A stretch of 64,000 nt of DNA from Rhina ancylostomus. Taxonomy: Eukaryota. Location: the NCBI GenBank assembly GCA_030265395.1, contig JARFYF010000084.1:80552864-80616863 (forward strand), in the 5' to 3' direction. Positions 12,381 through 26,230 of the stretch are shown here, piece by piece. Each line of letters starts with the position of its first letter. The first letter of the stretch is position 1. The translations under genes were made by a program, and so were the position numbers. The notes beneath the pieces were generated by a model, which searched no databases, was not told the origin of the DNA, and saw only the letters and a list, made by a program, of their open reading frames with translations.

Positions 12381-14276
12381 CGTGAAGCAATATGAACCAC
12401 ATTTTATACTCCCTTTGCTTAATTTTATCTCCCTCAAACCTCGTCAGTTCTCAAGAGTTTCCAATATGAACTCTGGATAACAAAAAAGCAAGTCCTTCTA
12501 TAAATGCTTTAGTTGCTCCATTCCTACATCTACATTTTGTTTGTGAAAAGTGGTAGAACTCCACAATCTTAAACCTTGATTTTCACAACTTTATTGTGTA
12601 AAATATTAATGAGTATGTGCAATATTATATCTATACAAAGGCTCTGTATAAATTTAGGGTCATACCCCAGCACACTTCACAGGAGCACTATAAAAACTAG
12701 ATTTTACACTCAGTCACATACAGGAGACATTAGGTGCACTGAGTTAATGTAATCATCAGTCACGTAATCATTCTGGTCTCTCGTGCATTATTTTTTTTAA
12801 ATCCTCAGGCATGACTTCACTATCAAACCTGTCAGCTTTGCAGTTCGCCTCCTAAACTGCTCCATCTCTCTCTTCTTTCAAGATGTACTAGCCTCTATCG
12901 AATGGTACGGTAGGTTATATCAATAAACTTACAATAAAATTACACCTTCTCCAAATGATCAATATGATTTAAAAATCATTCTGTGTAAATGTAATGCCCT
13001 TTGTCTGTAGGCTTTCTACTGCTGGAACTACAGTAGGTTCTGTAGTACTGCTGCCTGTAGGTTCAACCTGATTTTAACGTTTCATTCTATTTGAATTCTC
13101 CCAAGTAACTGCTGTCCTTGTACAACTGCAAGCTTAATCCAAAGGGGTTAGCAATGATGAACACAATTCAAAAAAAAAACCTCACTATATCTTTCTCTTC
13201 AACCAGTAATTTTTCTATCTGGACGTGTAGTGTTAGAGTGCGAACACAATTCAAATTGCAGTCAGTTTAGAAATCTTTATTGACAATTTTAAATCTGTCT
13301 GTCAGCCAGCAGCACGTTTCTGCCACTTTGGCTCCCTCCACCAAGTGCCACATTAATTGGGAAGCTTATTTGTGAGGTGCTACTTATGATCCAATAATAC
13401 AGGCAGATTTAAAATAAACAAATGTGTAGACAATGTTGTCCNNNNNNNNNNNNNNNNNNNNNNNNNNNNNNNNNNNNNNNNNNNNNNNNNNNNNNNNNNN
13501 NNNNNNNNNNNNNNNNNNNNNNGCCTCTTCCTGGAGAATATAAATGGCTGTGTGGGTTGGAACTGTCTGACCATCATGAATATGGAATACATTTACAAAC
13601 CAGCTGGCATTTTCTTGACCTTTATTTAGCTCGTACATAAGACAGAGGCAATTATGAGGAGCATGCAACACTCACAAGTAAAGAGTGGCCTGACTGGCAG
13701 AGAGTATATTCTATTCTATCGAAGTTCTTCCCACAACAGTTATGCCTATTGCTCATCCCCATTTTCACTGCTCCACCATTGCCATGCCTTTAGTCGTCAG
13801 CCTCTGTTCTCTCCAGCGTTCCCTTCCTGACCCGTTCTCTGCTGCTTCCAGAGAATGCATAGGCCATTCAAAAAAAACAGGCCGTTTATGTTTCATTCTT
13901 AGAATTTTTCCAGGGCCAGCAGGACTCTTCAAAAGTGATCTGTTCCTTAAAGGATAACATTTCCATCCCAATGTGGTGTCTGACCTGATAAAATATGCCA
14001 TCCCTGCTGCTACCCCACCACTGGCAGCAGCAACCAAGCTCTGCATCTATGTCTCTTCCCCTTTTAACATCCTTCTTAAAACTTACCTCTTGCCCATCTT
14101 CTCACAACCTCTGGCTCAATTTCAATTCTTATGCAATTATGTTCCTGTTAAGTACCTTAAGACATCCCACAGTTTTAAAGGTACTATTTAAATAAAAAGG
14201 CATTTCTAACAAAATATACAATTATTGTAAAAGAACAAGCAATAACATTTATCTAATATCTTTTCCCCAAACTTAC

Positions 14277-14327
14277 AGACAAAATAATGGCACGCAACTG
14301 TTTCTGGGCCAAGATATTCGCTATTTC
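14277..14327 (-). CDS. ELMO1: ELMO1-type coding exon (exon 11 equivalent), 51 nt
   Basis: tcttccacacag|GAA ATA GCG...TTG TCT|gtaagt, reading EIANILAQKQLRAIILS. Confidence 0.95.
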
Positions 14328-14454
14328 CTGTGTGGAAGAAAAAGAAAAAAAGATTTCAGTTAAAAATCTTTAGCACAATCTAACAAGAAATTAATTTACT
14401 GAATAGGAAAGTTCTCAATGCACTTTGAAGTCCAAAATTATGTGAACAGCATTT

Positions 14455-14970
14455 CAGCAACAAACAATCTGCTGGAGGTCAAGCAGCATCTGTGAGGGGG
14501 GGGAAATGAACTGTCAATGTTCCAGGTCAAAACCCGGCATCAGGATTCCTTCCCCTCTACAGATGCTGCTCCATGCACTAAGTTCCTTCAGCAGATTGTT
14601 TGTTGCTCTAGACGCCAGCATCTGCAGTCTCTTGTGTCTTCATAGTGAGCTAGATAACATAATATTCACTTTCAAAGGCATGCAGGGATATGCCAACATC
14701 TCTAATTCATCATACCTCACAAAGCTAAAATCCAGTATAAAATTAAAAAAAGAAAGGAAATGTTGGAGACACTCAGCAGGTCAGGGAACATATATGTGGA
14801 GAGAGAAACAGAGTTAATGTTTAAGGTCTTGGAAGTTTGACAAACAGTCTTAGACCTGTAATGTTAACTCTGTTTCTCTTCTCACTGATACTGCTGACCT
14901 GTTAAGTGATTCCAACAATTCCAGTCTTTTTTTTAAAAAGATTTCCACTACCTGGAGTTTCTTTGATTTT
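14455..14970. repeat. Two adjacent Penelope-type inverted-repeat hairpins
   Basis: gcaacaaacaatctgctggagg pairs with ccttcagcagattgtttgttgc; a perfect 16 bp pair agagaaacagagttaa (14802-14817) / ttaactctgtttctct (14864-14879) lies inside longer imperfect arms. Confidence 0.75.
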
Positions 14971-17900
14971 AAAATCAGTAAGAGTTCTATTCCTTACTAA
15001 AAGGACCTTCAACAAGGAACAGAAAACTAAGGCCGAGAGCTTCATGTAAACAGGATAATTTTACTTTATGTAAAAGGATAATGACTCTAATGCCAATCAT
15101 TCACCAATATGAACAGCCACACACAAGCAATGACTGCCACAGAAGATCCTGCTTGCGTGTAGTTATGGGCCACCAGAGGAGAGTCATCAATAAATACATC
15201 TTATCTAGAAGATATTCACATTTCACAACAAATACCATCTTGTCTTGCTTAGCTACAATTCACATTTATCTTCCATTGTAAAAAATGTTTGATGATCTTT
15301 CCCCCATCTGTTAATTATGCTTGCCTTTCAGCAGGGATACTCCAGTTCTCCTGCTAGTGCTTCGTTGTATTGGCATCTTATAAACATGTCATTGTCTACA
15401 CATTTACAGTCATCCAACATGTCATGAGAAGGGATGAAAGGAAAAGCGTCAACTGCTGGTAAAACAGTCACAATGGTGTCAGGATCTGGAACCTTCCTCT
15501 ACTGAGATAATGACTCCTATTTCATATATAGGCAGTAACAAGGCCTGTATTTTTAGTTCCTGTATTTTTAGGGGGACAGAATGTGGAGCAGATGGAAGCT
15601 GCATTTAAAATATAGTTGTTCTGCTCACATGGGCATTACTGTCAGTCTGGATGGATTGAGCAGAGGTCAAGAACGGTATTAATCTTCTGAAGCTGTACAA
15701 CAGCACTACCACTGTAGCATGCTGAGTGGAGGTGATCCTTTAACTGCATCGTTATTTAACGACTCAGTTGTCACAAGTTCAAATCCCAACATAGTTGCAA
15801 GTCTGGTCATCTGTGGAATGGTACCAGAAAAATCTTCCACAAAAGGCCTAAAACCTCCAGCTACTTCACTAAATTCTCAAGGAAGGGAGCTAACCTGGTT
15901 CAGCTTACATGCAACTCCCAGCCCATACTGTAAAAGTAACTTGGGACAAAACAGAATCTTGAGTTTCGAGCGAAGGTTCTTCCATTCGGTACAAGGTCAC
16001 AGATTGGAACATCAGTGATAAGGCTGGCTTTGATTATCCATTCCTAACAGAGTAGGCAGTTAAGAGTCAAATACATTGGTTGGTCTGGTCACATATAGGC
16101 CAGCCTGGGTAAGGAAGCTAGATTTGTTCCCCAGAAGGACATATTCTTTTTTCTTGATGCTAATCTTGATGCTAGCAGTTTCATTGTTACCAGCACTAGC
16201 TGTTCTTAATGTTCTAGATTCAATTAATCACTTTAATTTAAAATCCCCTGGCTGCTATGGTAAAATTCAAACATGTCTATTACTCAATGGTCCAAAACTC
16301 TAGATGCTCTATGGTAACTTAACCACTATACCAACCAAACTCGCAATGACTTAGCAAACACACTGAACTCCAGGCTCACATGGGTATTGATCAGAATCTT
16401 TGATCAGATGAGGATCAAACTGCATCCACCAACTGAACCCGAAAGCAGCAGATTATTAGGAACACTTAAATTATTTACAAGTTTCAGGTCATGAATCAGC
16501 CTAGCATGGGAGGGAAAGAGCAAGGGGAAATAAAAAGGGTGTACAAGATGAAGCAGTGTCAGATCTTGCACATACACAACTGGGTTTAATGAATGGTGAT
16601 AAAAGCGTTGCCTTGAAATCTGCCTAAAATCAATGTGGTTTCCCAATTTATTTGTAATTGTCAACAATATGATTCCTGGTTGACATTGATTTTGACTGAC
16701 ATACATGCGTTGACAGTCAAGGTACTGGTGTGAAGAAATATGTTTGTATGGTGGCAATCCTAATTGTATAGTGGTCTATAGAAATGAGGGGAAATGAACA
16801 TTTCTCAGCTTACTGCTTCAAAAATAAGGAAAGGTGAGATATTTCAGATTGGCACAATGAATGAATGTTCTAACCACCTGCGTAGATCAATCTCATTGAT
16901 AGCAATGGGTCAACTAATCTGTGCTAACCCCACCTTACTCTGCTAGGAACAACAACAAGTAGCACCTTTAACTGAAAGGCCTGGCATGGCTGGGTGACAA
17001 GTAACGCATTTTCATGGTAAAACATTCAGAACAGTATGCACATTTCTATTATTCTTCACAGGGATTGGCTGCCACTGGCACAATGAATATTTAATTGCCT
17101 TTCTCTTGCTGCCCTTGACAAAGTGGAGGTCAGCCTTCTTGAAACTTGGTATAAACGTGCTCCCATAGCACTGTGAGGGATAATGCCAGGATTTTAATCC
17201 AACCACCATAAAAGGTACAGCAATGCATGGCTAAACTACAAAGGTGAGAAACTTGGGGGCAGCTGGTATTTCAGGGTGTTTGCTGCCCTTGTACTTTTCA
17301 CTAGCACAGACAGCTATTTTAGCATGTTCTTGGCAAGTTGCTCCTGTGCATTTTCTAGATACCCATGAGATATTAGAAGGAATGAAAATTTCAGGTGGAG
17401 GGGTTGGGGGAGGAAGTGGGTGGATGGTAGCTGGTCAAACTTTCTCCTGGAGCTTGACCAGCTACCAAGCTTCTTCAATGCTTTTGGAGTTGTCCCTAAC
17501 TAGGCAAGTGGAGAGCATTCCATCACACTCCCAAACAGTGAGGTGCTTCTAAGAAAATATCCAGTAAAGCACAGCTGCTCTGAAGAAATCCTACTCTCTT
17601 ATAACAATGAAACTCTTGATAGAAGTCTTAAAACAAACACTGCTTAAGTTACTTATGACAGACGTTGCCTTTAAGTAGTTCAATCTCAAATTCTACCTGT
17701 GAAATAATAAAGCATTTTGATTTAATATTAAAACTTTAGTCTTAGGATGCTGACATAAAACTTTTGAACTAGCAGGGCTCATTATTTATAGCTGGAAGGG
17801 CCTGTACTGCTCAGAATCTGGCCAATCAAAACAGTTGCCCTGTTCAAGCAGTCACTACCGGAGGATCAGTTCATGGCAGGNNNNNNNNNNNNNNNNNTGA

Positions 17901-20900
17901 AGTGTGGTGAGCAAAGGCAGCTCACCAATCTCAGGAAATTCCCAGCCATATCAGTTCAACAATTTCAGATAATACACATCTCCAGCATCTTTATAATTCA
18001 GATTTTCAGGATCCACAGTATTACCATTTGCTATTTCCAAACGATAATTCTGTTCCTTCCCTTTGCTGTAATCTGACCACTTGTTTCTTTTCCTGTCCTA
18101 TTACAAATTTCTTTCACTATCTTCTCTTTTGTCATTTAATCCCTCGCCCTCCACCATATCACAGATCTTCGTTTTTCTTATTCCCTTTCCACTTTCACTG
18201 CAAGTTAAACCCTGTTTACTTTTAACTTTTCTCAGTGCAGATGAAAGATTATTGCCCTGAAACACCGATGCTTTCTCTCTCCAATTTTATTCCTTTTTAT
18301 TTCAGATTTTAGTTTTGCTCTCCTGTTAACTGCTGGTTGCACTTGCAGTTATTTTTAGAAACAGTCCATTTTAATATGCCAGAATAATTTAACATTATAA
18401 CACTGACTACAATTCAAAAGCACTCAAGTTGCTGTCAGGTGCTTTGAGACATCCTAAGGTCATGAAAGGTGCTATATTTCTCCCTCTCACATTCTCCGCT
18501 TGTTTATGGAGACGTCTGGATTTGGTTGAATAGCTGCACCTTTCGCGCAGAATGCTCCTTCCCTTCTTACAAATTCGCACCTGAATGCTTCCTATCATAC
18601 AACTCAGAGTTAAAATGTCAAGAAGTAAATCTCACGTATAGTCACATTGAGAGGTTTAATGGAAGGTGAATGTGAATAATGACAAGGACAGCCTAACCAC
18701 GTCAGGAAGACAAAGTGATAATTCCAAATGGCCCCTGTCTAGGCAACCACCTGGACAAACCTGTGATAATTCAAATTTCTGCTGCACATTTACAGTAACT
18801 GTACACCCAGTGCACTTATACCCACTGACCTTCATGAACTTCCAGCAGCACCTCAGTTCTAAGATTCAAGCCCTCAATGCCTCACTCCTTTCCATCTCTT
18901 CCAGCCGCACTAGGTCTCTCCACACCTCCACTTCTGGTCTCCCGCAGTTGCTTCATTTCCTTCACTCCATATCTGGCAGCCTGGCCTTCAGTTGTCCAGG
19001 CCCAGATTTCTACAACTCTCCACTCAATCTCTGCAACAGCTCATCCTTTAATGTATTCCTTAAAATCTACTTCTTTTGACAAAATACTTGACCATCTATC
19101 CCAATGTCTCCTTCTTTGGCTGAATTAAAGTTCTGTTTGATAACACACTTGTAAAGCCCAAGACATTTTGCAGTGGGATTAATGGCCTTGCTCTTCTGGG
19201 AGCCACCATGAACCCAATAGGCTAAGTGGCTTCCCTTGTGTTTTTGTAAGCATTGGGTAAGATGCAAGATGAATTAAAAGCTCTATGTGAATGTCACCAC
19301 TATTGGTCCTTCCAACTTCAGTCTTGCACAAAATGACTGAGGGCTCACGTTTTTGTCACCAGAGGATAACTAAGTGTCAGCTTTGCTAATCCGGAGAAGC
19401 AGCTTTAAAAAAAATTGGTAGAAATTTTCTGGAAGAGAAGGGGTACATACTTTGCATTATCAGGCAACAGGTTGAAGGAAACCACTGAGTGAAGAAGGGG
19501 TGACACTGTTCAGCTTTGATTAATTGATTAGAAGCACCACTGAGACAGCAAGATGTCTCACTGAGTGAAGTAATATTGCTTTTAGTCATGCATTAAGACA
19601 GTTATAATAACTGGGCCTCAAAAATGTTTCTTAAAATAAATCTCAAATTGTCAGCATTGAATAATCCAGAGCTTAACATTAAGAGTGTCAGCATTAAGGT
19701 CTCTAGAGAACCTATACATTAACAATTTTTCCCTCTGAAGCAGCAAGAGATTTATTTTGGTGCTTACATTCTTTCAGTCCCATTCTCACTCAGAACCTGC
19801 AAGTCCAGCCACCACATCATCTCATCTTCATCAAGGATATCTTATATCATTGGTCTTGGCTCACAATGGCATTCAGAGGGGAGTTGATGAGCATGTGAGA
19901 GGGAAGAGGTTGCTCAAAGAACTGGCACAGATTCAATAGGCCAAATGGTGTCCTTCTAGGTAGTAAGGTTCATTCATGTAGCTACTTCAACAGTTGAAAC
20001 ATTGCACTATATTTCTAAAGCTATTATATGAAGTCACTGTTTTAAAAATGGTGTCTTTGCTGATAGGATATTGGACATATGTCTAATGCTGTCTGGATCT
20101 AGATAAAGTGTAATCTGGAAACTTTCCGCCCATTCAGCTAACCATTCTATTATTCAAGAAGGATTAACCACTTAACAGCAATTCCTGCTAAAGGTTGCAG
20201 TTCTTGTACTTTGAGACACGTGATGATTAGAACTGGATTTGGGTTGTCTTGACTTAGTCACCAGTGAAAGGACAATTTCTTCTCCGAAGCCTGAGTGCAG
20301 GTCTCAAAAGTGAACGATTCAAAAATGAAAAGAGTGGAAAAATGCTCTGAGGCAATTTAAACAATATTCATCAAGTGTGATGTCATGTTAAATGCGGTCA
20401 TGCATGGCTTTAGAGTAAAAAGTAGGTCAATCTTGAAATTTTCAATTACTCCAGTTGATAAAAGATTGCAGGAGTTGGGTTTCCACAGCTTGAATTTCAG
20501 TACAATGAAAGCTCAAATCTGAATGGCAAAAAGCAAAGAAGGTGAACGTTCAGGTGGTATAATGCTTATCCTGTTCAGTATGGTCCCAACAGTTGTTAAA
20601 GCCAGTATTCCATCATTAAAGATAAATTAAACAATATGACATGCAACTGCAGTGCACCAGCTTGCACATTAATGAGTTAATATCAAGCAGACCCCCATAT
20701 TTAAAAAAATACTCTACTTGAATCACATTTTNNNNNNNNNNTTATGTGTCAATGGCACTGCTAATGAACCCTTGTGTGAAAACACATTTCATACTTTATC
20801 TTATTAAAAGAACATCAGCAGTCAGCTGTGGAACAAAGTTCATATTTAACCTCGTATCATGGCAGCTCATCTGGTCACATCACGAAATTCAATTTCATTT

Positions 20901-21554
20901 GCTTTTTATTAAGATGTGCATTGGCTTGAATCATCAGGAATAATCTGAGCAATTCCACAACAAAAGCTGTCTTCAAGCCAGCATCTACTCTCTCAACCTC
21001 ACCCCACCATTAAAACTTGCTTCTGTCATTCTCACGCAATTCTGTTCAGGTTGGTTTTTGTGAAATAAAGATCACAAAAGGCCAAGACTAGCAACCACAT
21101 TGCTCAACTCTGATTAGCCTTTCGTTATCAGGTTCAAAATTAACTGAACTTCATCAAGAAAAAAATGGCTATCAACTCAGCTATGATGTATTCCCATATA
21201 ACCAGCTGCTGCAGGTGAGTAAAACTGAACCACAAGCTGGGAGGCTGTTAGCACTGGGTGAGGAAATTGGCCTTTCTTTAGGGCAACTATTTTCATAGGT
21301 TTGCAGCTTCTGCAGTCAGAGAGTGAAACCAACACAGCTGTACCAACACCAGCTGCTCAAGTGTCATTTTCCTACCTTATTTGGATTATAGCACACAGAG
21401 AACTTAATACCAGCTACTCAAGTGTCACATTCTGACCTTAAAACACACATACACACACACAAATTAAAAAATTGGAAGTAAAAATATTCAAGGCTTGAAC
21501 TTCTCTCACATAGCACCAGACAAGTGAATTCTATGTAAAGCACAAACACTGACA

Positions 21555-21880
21555 CAGGTAGCAGAGCTACTGCCTCACAGCTCCACTGATCTGGGTTCAA
21601 TCCTGACACTCAATGCTGTCTGTGTGGAATTTGCATGTTCTCCCAATGAAAAGGGGCATTTCCCCTGGGTACTCCAGTTTCCACTTGCATCCCAAAGACA
21701 TGTGGGTTGGTAGGTTAACTGGCCATTGCAAATTACCCAGGATGTGTAGAGGAGAGAAGGAACTTTGAGGGGTGGGGGAGAGAGAGAGAATATAATAGGT
21801 TAGGGTCAGATCCATGTAAAAATGGGTGCTTGATGATTAGCATGGACTAATAGATCAAGGGGCCTTTATCTATGACTAAA
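21555..21880 (+). mobile_element. V-SINE (HE1-like), diverged
   Basis: gctactgcctcacagctcc...ctgggttcaatcc...gtctgtgtggaatttgcatgttctccc...actccagtttcc...cccaaagacatgtgggttggtagg. Confidence 0.85.
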
Positions 21881-23484
21881 TACAATTGGGTACTTTGGGT
21901 GCAGATCAGCGTATTCCATCCAGGTCCTTCTTGTGACATATATTTGTAAAGAAGCCACTGAGGTTGCAAAGTGACATCAAATGGTGTGCAATTCATGTTT
22001 TGATAGCACTTGCACAAAATTCTTGTGTGCCAATGAAGGTTATGATTCACACACAGTTACCTTGAATGAAGAGATCAGATCTGCCTCAGTATTAGTAGTA
22101 ACCTTTGGTTACTTTCACATTTATTTCAAATGTCTGCTCTAGTTCCTGCGGNNNNNNNNNNAACCTGCAGAAACAGATTCTTCCTACTCCTCAGAACCAC
22201 GCAAACATCTTGGCTCTTTGTTTCTCTCTTATGACACTCACTCACCTTTTTTCCTAGTTATAATTCTCATTCTTTTTAATAATCTCTTTCCTCTTTGTTT
22301 CATACTTTTAACCTCTGTCTTCTTGCTCTGGGACCGCTTTTAATAAGCAGGTTTCTATCACATAAAGTCAGCTCAAAAAGATGATTGCAGTTGTTTCAGA
22401 GGCTGCTCTTTTAGTTACTTGATCTTGAAAATTCTTGCCAACCCTTATTCACAAGAAGCAAAAGGTAAACAGTTTGTTTCCCCAAACTTTAAACATATGA
22501 ACCAACAAAATGCACCCAAAAGATAAATGGAGAAATCCTAAGTTTGGCAGCAGTGATAAAAAGAACGGCAATTACAATACACCACTTCCTGAAGCAGTTT
22601 AAAAAAGACTTACGAATCCAGCACTGAAAAATGGCTCAAAGGCAGTTTTAATGAGGCAGGTGTGCAAATGATGATTGATAGAAGGAGATAAGCCTGGCAC
22701 CCTCCATCTCCCAATGTTTCTTTTATTCATACTCACGATATTAGCACTGCTAGGAAGGCCAGAATTTATGACCCAGCCCCGATTACTCAAAGGACACAGT
22801 GGTGACCTGTCTCCTTGAACTATGAGAACTAGCTTGTGTGGGTTTTTAAGCCCACCTCCAAGGTGATTGAGAGTCAATAGTTTGTGGCTGGAGTCACGTA
22901 CAGTGCAGACTAGGAGAAAGTGGCATGTTTCCTTCCTTAGAAGATCTGACTGAACCAGTTACTACAAAAAAAAAGACATTCCAACAGCTTTATAATTTCT
23001 CTTACTAATAATCAATTTTTTATTTGCCAAGTTGTAAACTAATTTTAAATTTCCAAAAATGCCTTTGTATTTGAACTTGGATACTCTGAATTATTGGTCC
23101 AGCCTTATATGAGGGACAGAAATACCCAAAACATTAATGCTTAAAATAAAGCAGACAATTCATTCAACCATCCCTACTTTCACATGTCATCAATAATGAA
23201 TGATTATTTGGCACAGTGCTCAAAACCAGGGCGATTCTGAGCCCCATAATTGAGATGCTCTTAGATCAATTAGTGCTCAGAATTCCCTTCAGAATCATTC
23301 CTTCAGAAAAAACAATTTCAGAGAGACACACAGCTCAAAATAAAAATGGACATAGCATCATTTAAGCCATTGAACATTGCTATATCATCTAGGGCACTGA
23401 ACCAAGTGAGATACAAGTACAAAAGAATAGACACAGCCTTAAGCCTGTTCCACTGTTCCTGATGTTGCTGTTAATCTGCATTGC

Positions 23485-23820
23485 AAGCCCCACCATCCGG
23501 GCCATGCCCTCTTCTTGATGCTGTCATCAGGCAAGAGGTACAGGAGCCTCAAGACCCACACGTCAAGGTTCAACAACACTTTCTACCCCACTGCCATCAG
23601 GTTCTTGAACCAACCTGAAAAACCCTAACACTATTTCAGACTATATTTCTTTTTTCTCTCTCTCAACTTGCACTAATATCGCTATGTTTATTTTGTCTAT
23701 TTTGTCATGCAAATTATGCATAATTTGTGTTAACTTATGTTTGTCATGTTTGTACATAAAAAGCTAATTTTCATGGCATTTATACCTTGGGGATGTATGC
23801 CTATGACAATAAACTTGAAC
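23485..23820 (+). mobile_element. Rex1/Babar non-LTR retrotransposon 3' end
   Basis: ccccaccatccgggccatgccctcttc...aggtacaggagcctcaagacccacac...ctgccatcagg matches 40315-40440; ends gacaataaacttgaac. Confidence 0.8.
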
Positions 23821-24279
23821 TAATCCCCAATTAGAACTAAGTCCATCCAGCTATTTTGTTTCCCAAACCCTTCATAGCTTTGCCTAACATAAATCTACAA
23901 ATGTCATTTCTCAATATTTACATCGAGTAAAACAAGGGTATCAAAGTAAAATATCTGCACAAGATTTCACAGCAATTTTAGCAGTTGCAAAATAAAGGAG
24001 TTGTAAGGAATGCCAACAATAGAATCCTCTCAAATCCTCCAGTCCAGTAACAAAATGCTTGGTGCAACCTCACTTTTAAAACATACAGTAGGAAATTAAT
24101 GAAGAGCAAGTTTTTTTTAAAATCCAGAACAGCTATTTAACTAGAAAAGACAATGGCTAATTTTGAGGTCATGATAACATAACATCACACAAATACCCAA
24201 GTTTAACATGCATTGTCATTGTATTGAGCTTGACAACTGATGAATTAGATATCAGATTGAAAGCTGTCCATATAATTAC

Positions 24280-24358
24280 CTGTCTCCTGTCATCAGGGGC
24301 TTTAAGGAAGAGTGCATTTATCACAGCAATTGTGTAAGTCTGAATGTCAGCATCCACC
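24280..24358 (-). CDS. ELMO1: ELMO1-type coding exon (exon 10 equivalent), 79 nt
   Basis: ttttggttacaaaag|G GTG GAT...AGA CAG|gtaatt, reading VDADIQTYTIAVINALFLKAPDDRRQ. Phase matches the GG left by the previous exon; AAG-type acceptor. Confidence 0.95.
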
Positions 24359-24959
24359 CTTTTGTAACCAAAATAATACCAAAAACAAATTAGTATGGAA
24401 ACACACATTTGTTTTGTACATTTTATACAAGGCCAACACCAGCAATTCTGTCAGTAAAATTATATCACAGCAATCAGATTTACATCCAAGTCTCAAAGTC
24501 AAATTGCTGGCTGAGAGCAAATTTCTAGTGAAAATCTACTTCTCATACACAAGTCAGTGCAGTGGTACTCCCATTGATCGTGACTTATTTCTCATGGCAC
24601 TTGGTCAAAAGCAAACACACTGTTTGGCTTAAATGCGAGAAGTGCTTTTTGAAGGAAAGCTTTGCAACTAGACCTCTTATTATGCTTTATTTTCTAAAAA
24701 GGATTTGCCTTCAAATCACCTGTCAAATACAACTGGAAGAACTCTACTGCAGAACTACATAATGTATTCAGATGCATTAATATTTATATACACAAAAAAT
24801 TTTATAAAGCCTGAAATGTAATATGTTAATTCTGCTTCAATGCTGTAACTCAGCTACTATGATTAAAAACTGTTATACGGAGGAGCATTTGAATATCAAA
24901 CACTTTCTTATTTAAGTAATTCTGGAAAACAATTTATCTCCTAGTTGGTAAGAGGTTCA

Positions 24960-26230
24960 CAGAATCATGATGCAAGAGGCTCTTCAGCCGAACACGGCTC
25001 TGCTTACTGTATGAATAAGCAATCCAATTAGTCCCACTCTGTTACTCTTGCCCATATTTTTGTACTCTTCAAGTATATCCTCTATTCCAAGTCAAATTTC
25101 ACAAGTGAATTCTTTTCACCATTATTCATAACTTACTGAGTAAAAAAAAATCCTTCACTCTTCTAATGTATTTTCCAACCTTTTAAATTTGTCTCTGTTA
25201 GACATCCTCTTGCCACCAGTCTACTAAAAGATAGTTTTAGAGACATACAGCACAGAAACAGGTCCTTTAACCAATGTGTCCATGCCAACATTTGTATTTA
25301 TCTGTACTAATCCCATTTGGTTCCTAACCTTCTATGCCCTGGCAATTCAAGTGCTTATCTCGATGCTCTTAAATGTTGTGAGAATATCTGCCTCCACTAC
25401 CTTCTCAGGCAGTGCATTCCAGAATGTAATCACCCTGTGGGTGAAAAAAATTCCCATTCAAATCCCCTCCAAACCTTCTACCTCTCACTTTAAACCTATG
25501 GACTCTTGTCTTAGACACCCCCATCATCAGAAAAAGATTCTTACCGTCTCCCAGATCTATTCCCTTCATAAATTGTTTGGAGCTGTCACAGGTAACCCCT
25601 CAGCCTCCTCCACTCTAGGCAAAACAAACCCCAGCCTATCCAGTCTCTCCTCATAACTAATCCTGGTGAATCACCTCTGCACCCTCTCCAGCACAATCAC
25701 ATCCTTCCTATATGGCAGCAAGAATTTCCTCTTAATCTGCTCAATGGACAGCAATTCCAGTCACTTGAATCCTTCCAAGTAACCGGAATCATCTCTCTCC
25801 GGTACCATGCTAATAAATCGTCTCTGTACCCCCTCCAAGAACTGACTGTCTTTTCTCCAGTGTGATGCCCAGAATTGAACACAATTCATCAGCTGAGGCC
25901 TAACCAATGATCTACAAGGATTCAGCACTCTGTCTCTATAAAGATATTGCAAGCTTTCAAAAAAAAGTCTTTACAATTTATTCTTTCAGCTTCAAAGAAC
26001 TGAGTAGGTACTTTTAAGATTTTATTATATTAACTTTCATTTCAAAATGCATCACTTCAGAGTCCTCTTGTTACAACTTTCAATTGCTATGTACTTGCCC
26101 ATTTTACCTCTCTGCATCTTCCCAAAGTCTATCTTCCTCACCATTTCCTGAAGTTATGTCCTGTACATCTAATCATTAATATATTAAAAGAGTAGTTTTC
26201 CATTCACTGAACCTTGGGGGTGCAGGGGTG
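24960..26230 (-). mobile_element. Cluster of CR1 3' fragments (at least three pieces)
   Basis: ORF 25761..25952 reads RSLVRPQLMNCVQFWASHWRKD..LEGVQRRF; CR1 tail motifs at about 24960 and about 25240. Confidence 0.75.

Noticed and set aside
14328-24279. ELMO2-type optional exon between ...PDDRRQ and EIANIL...
   Set aside because: I found no segment with both convincing splice sites and peptide similarity; the small gaps in this intron cannot be assessed.
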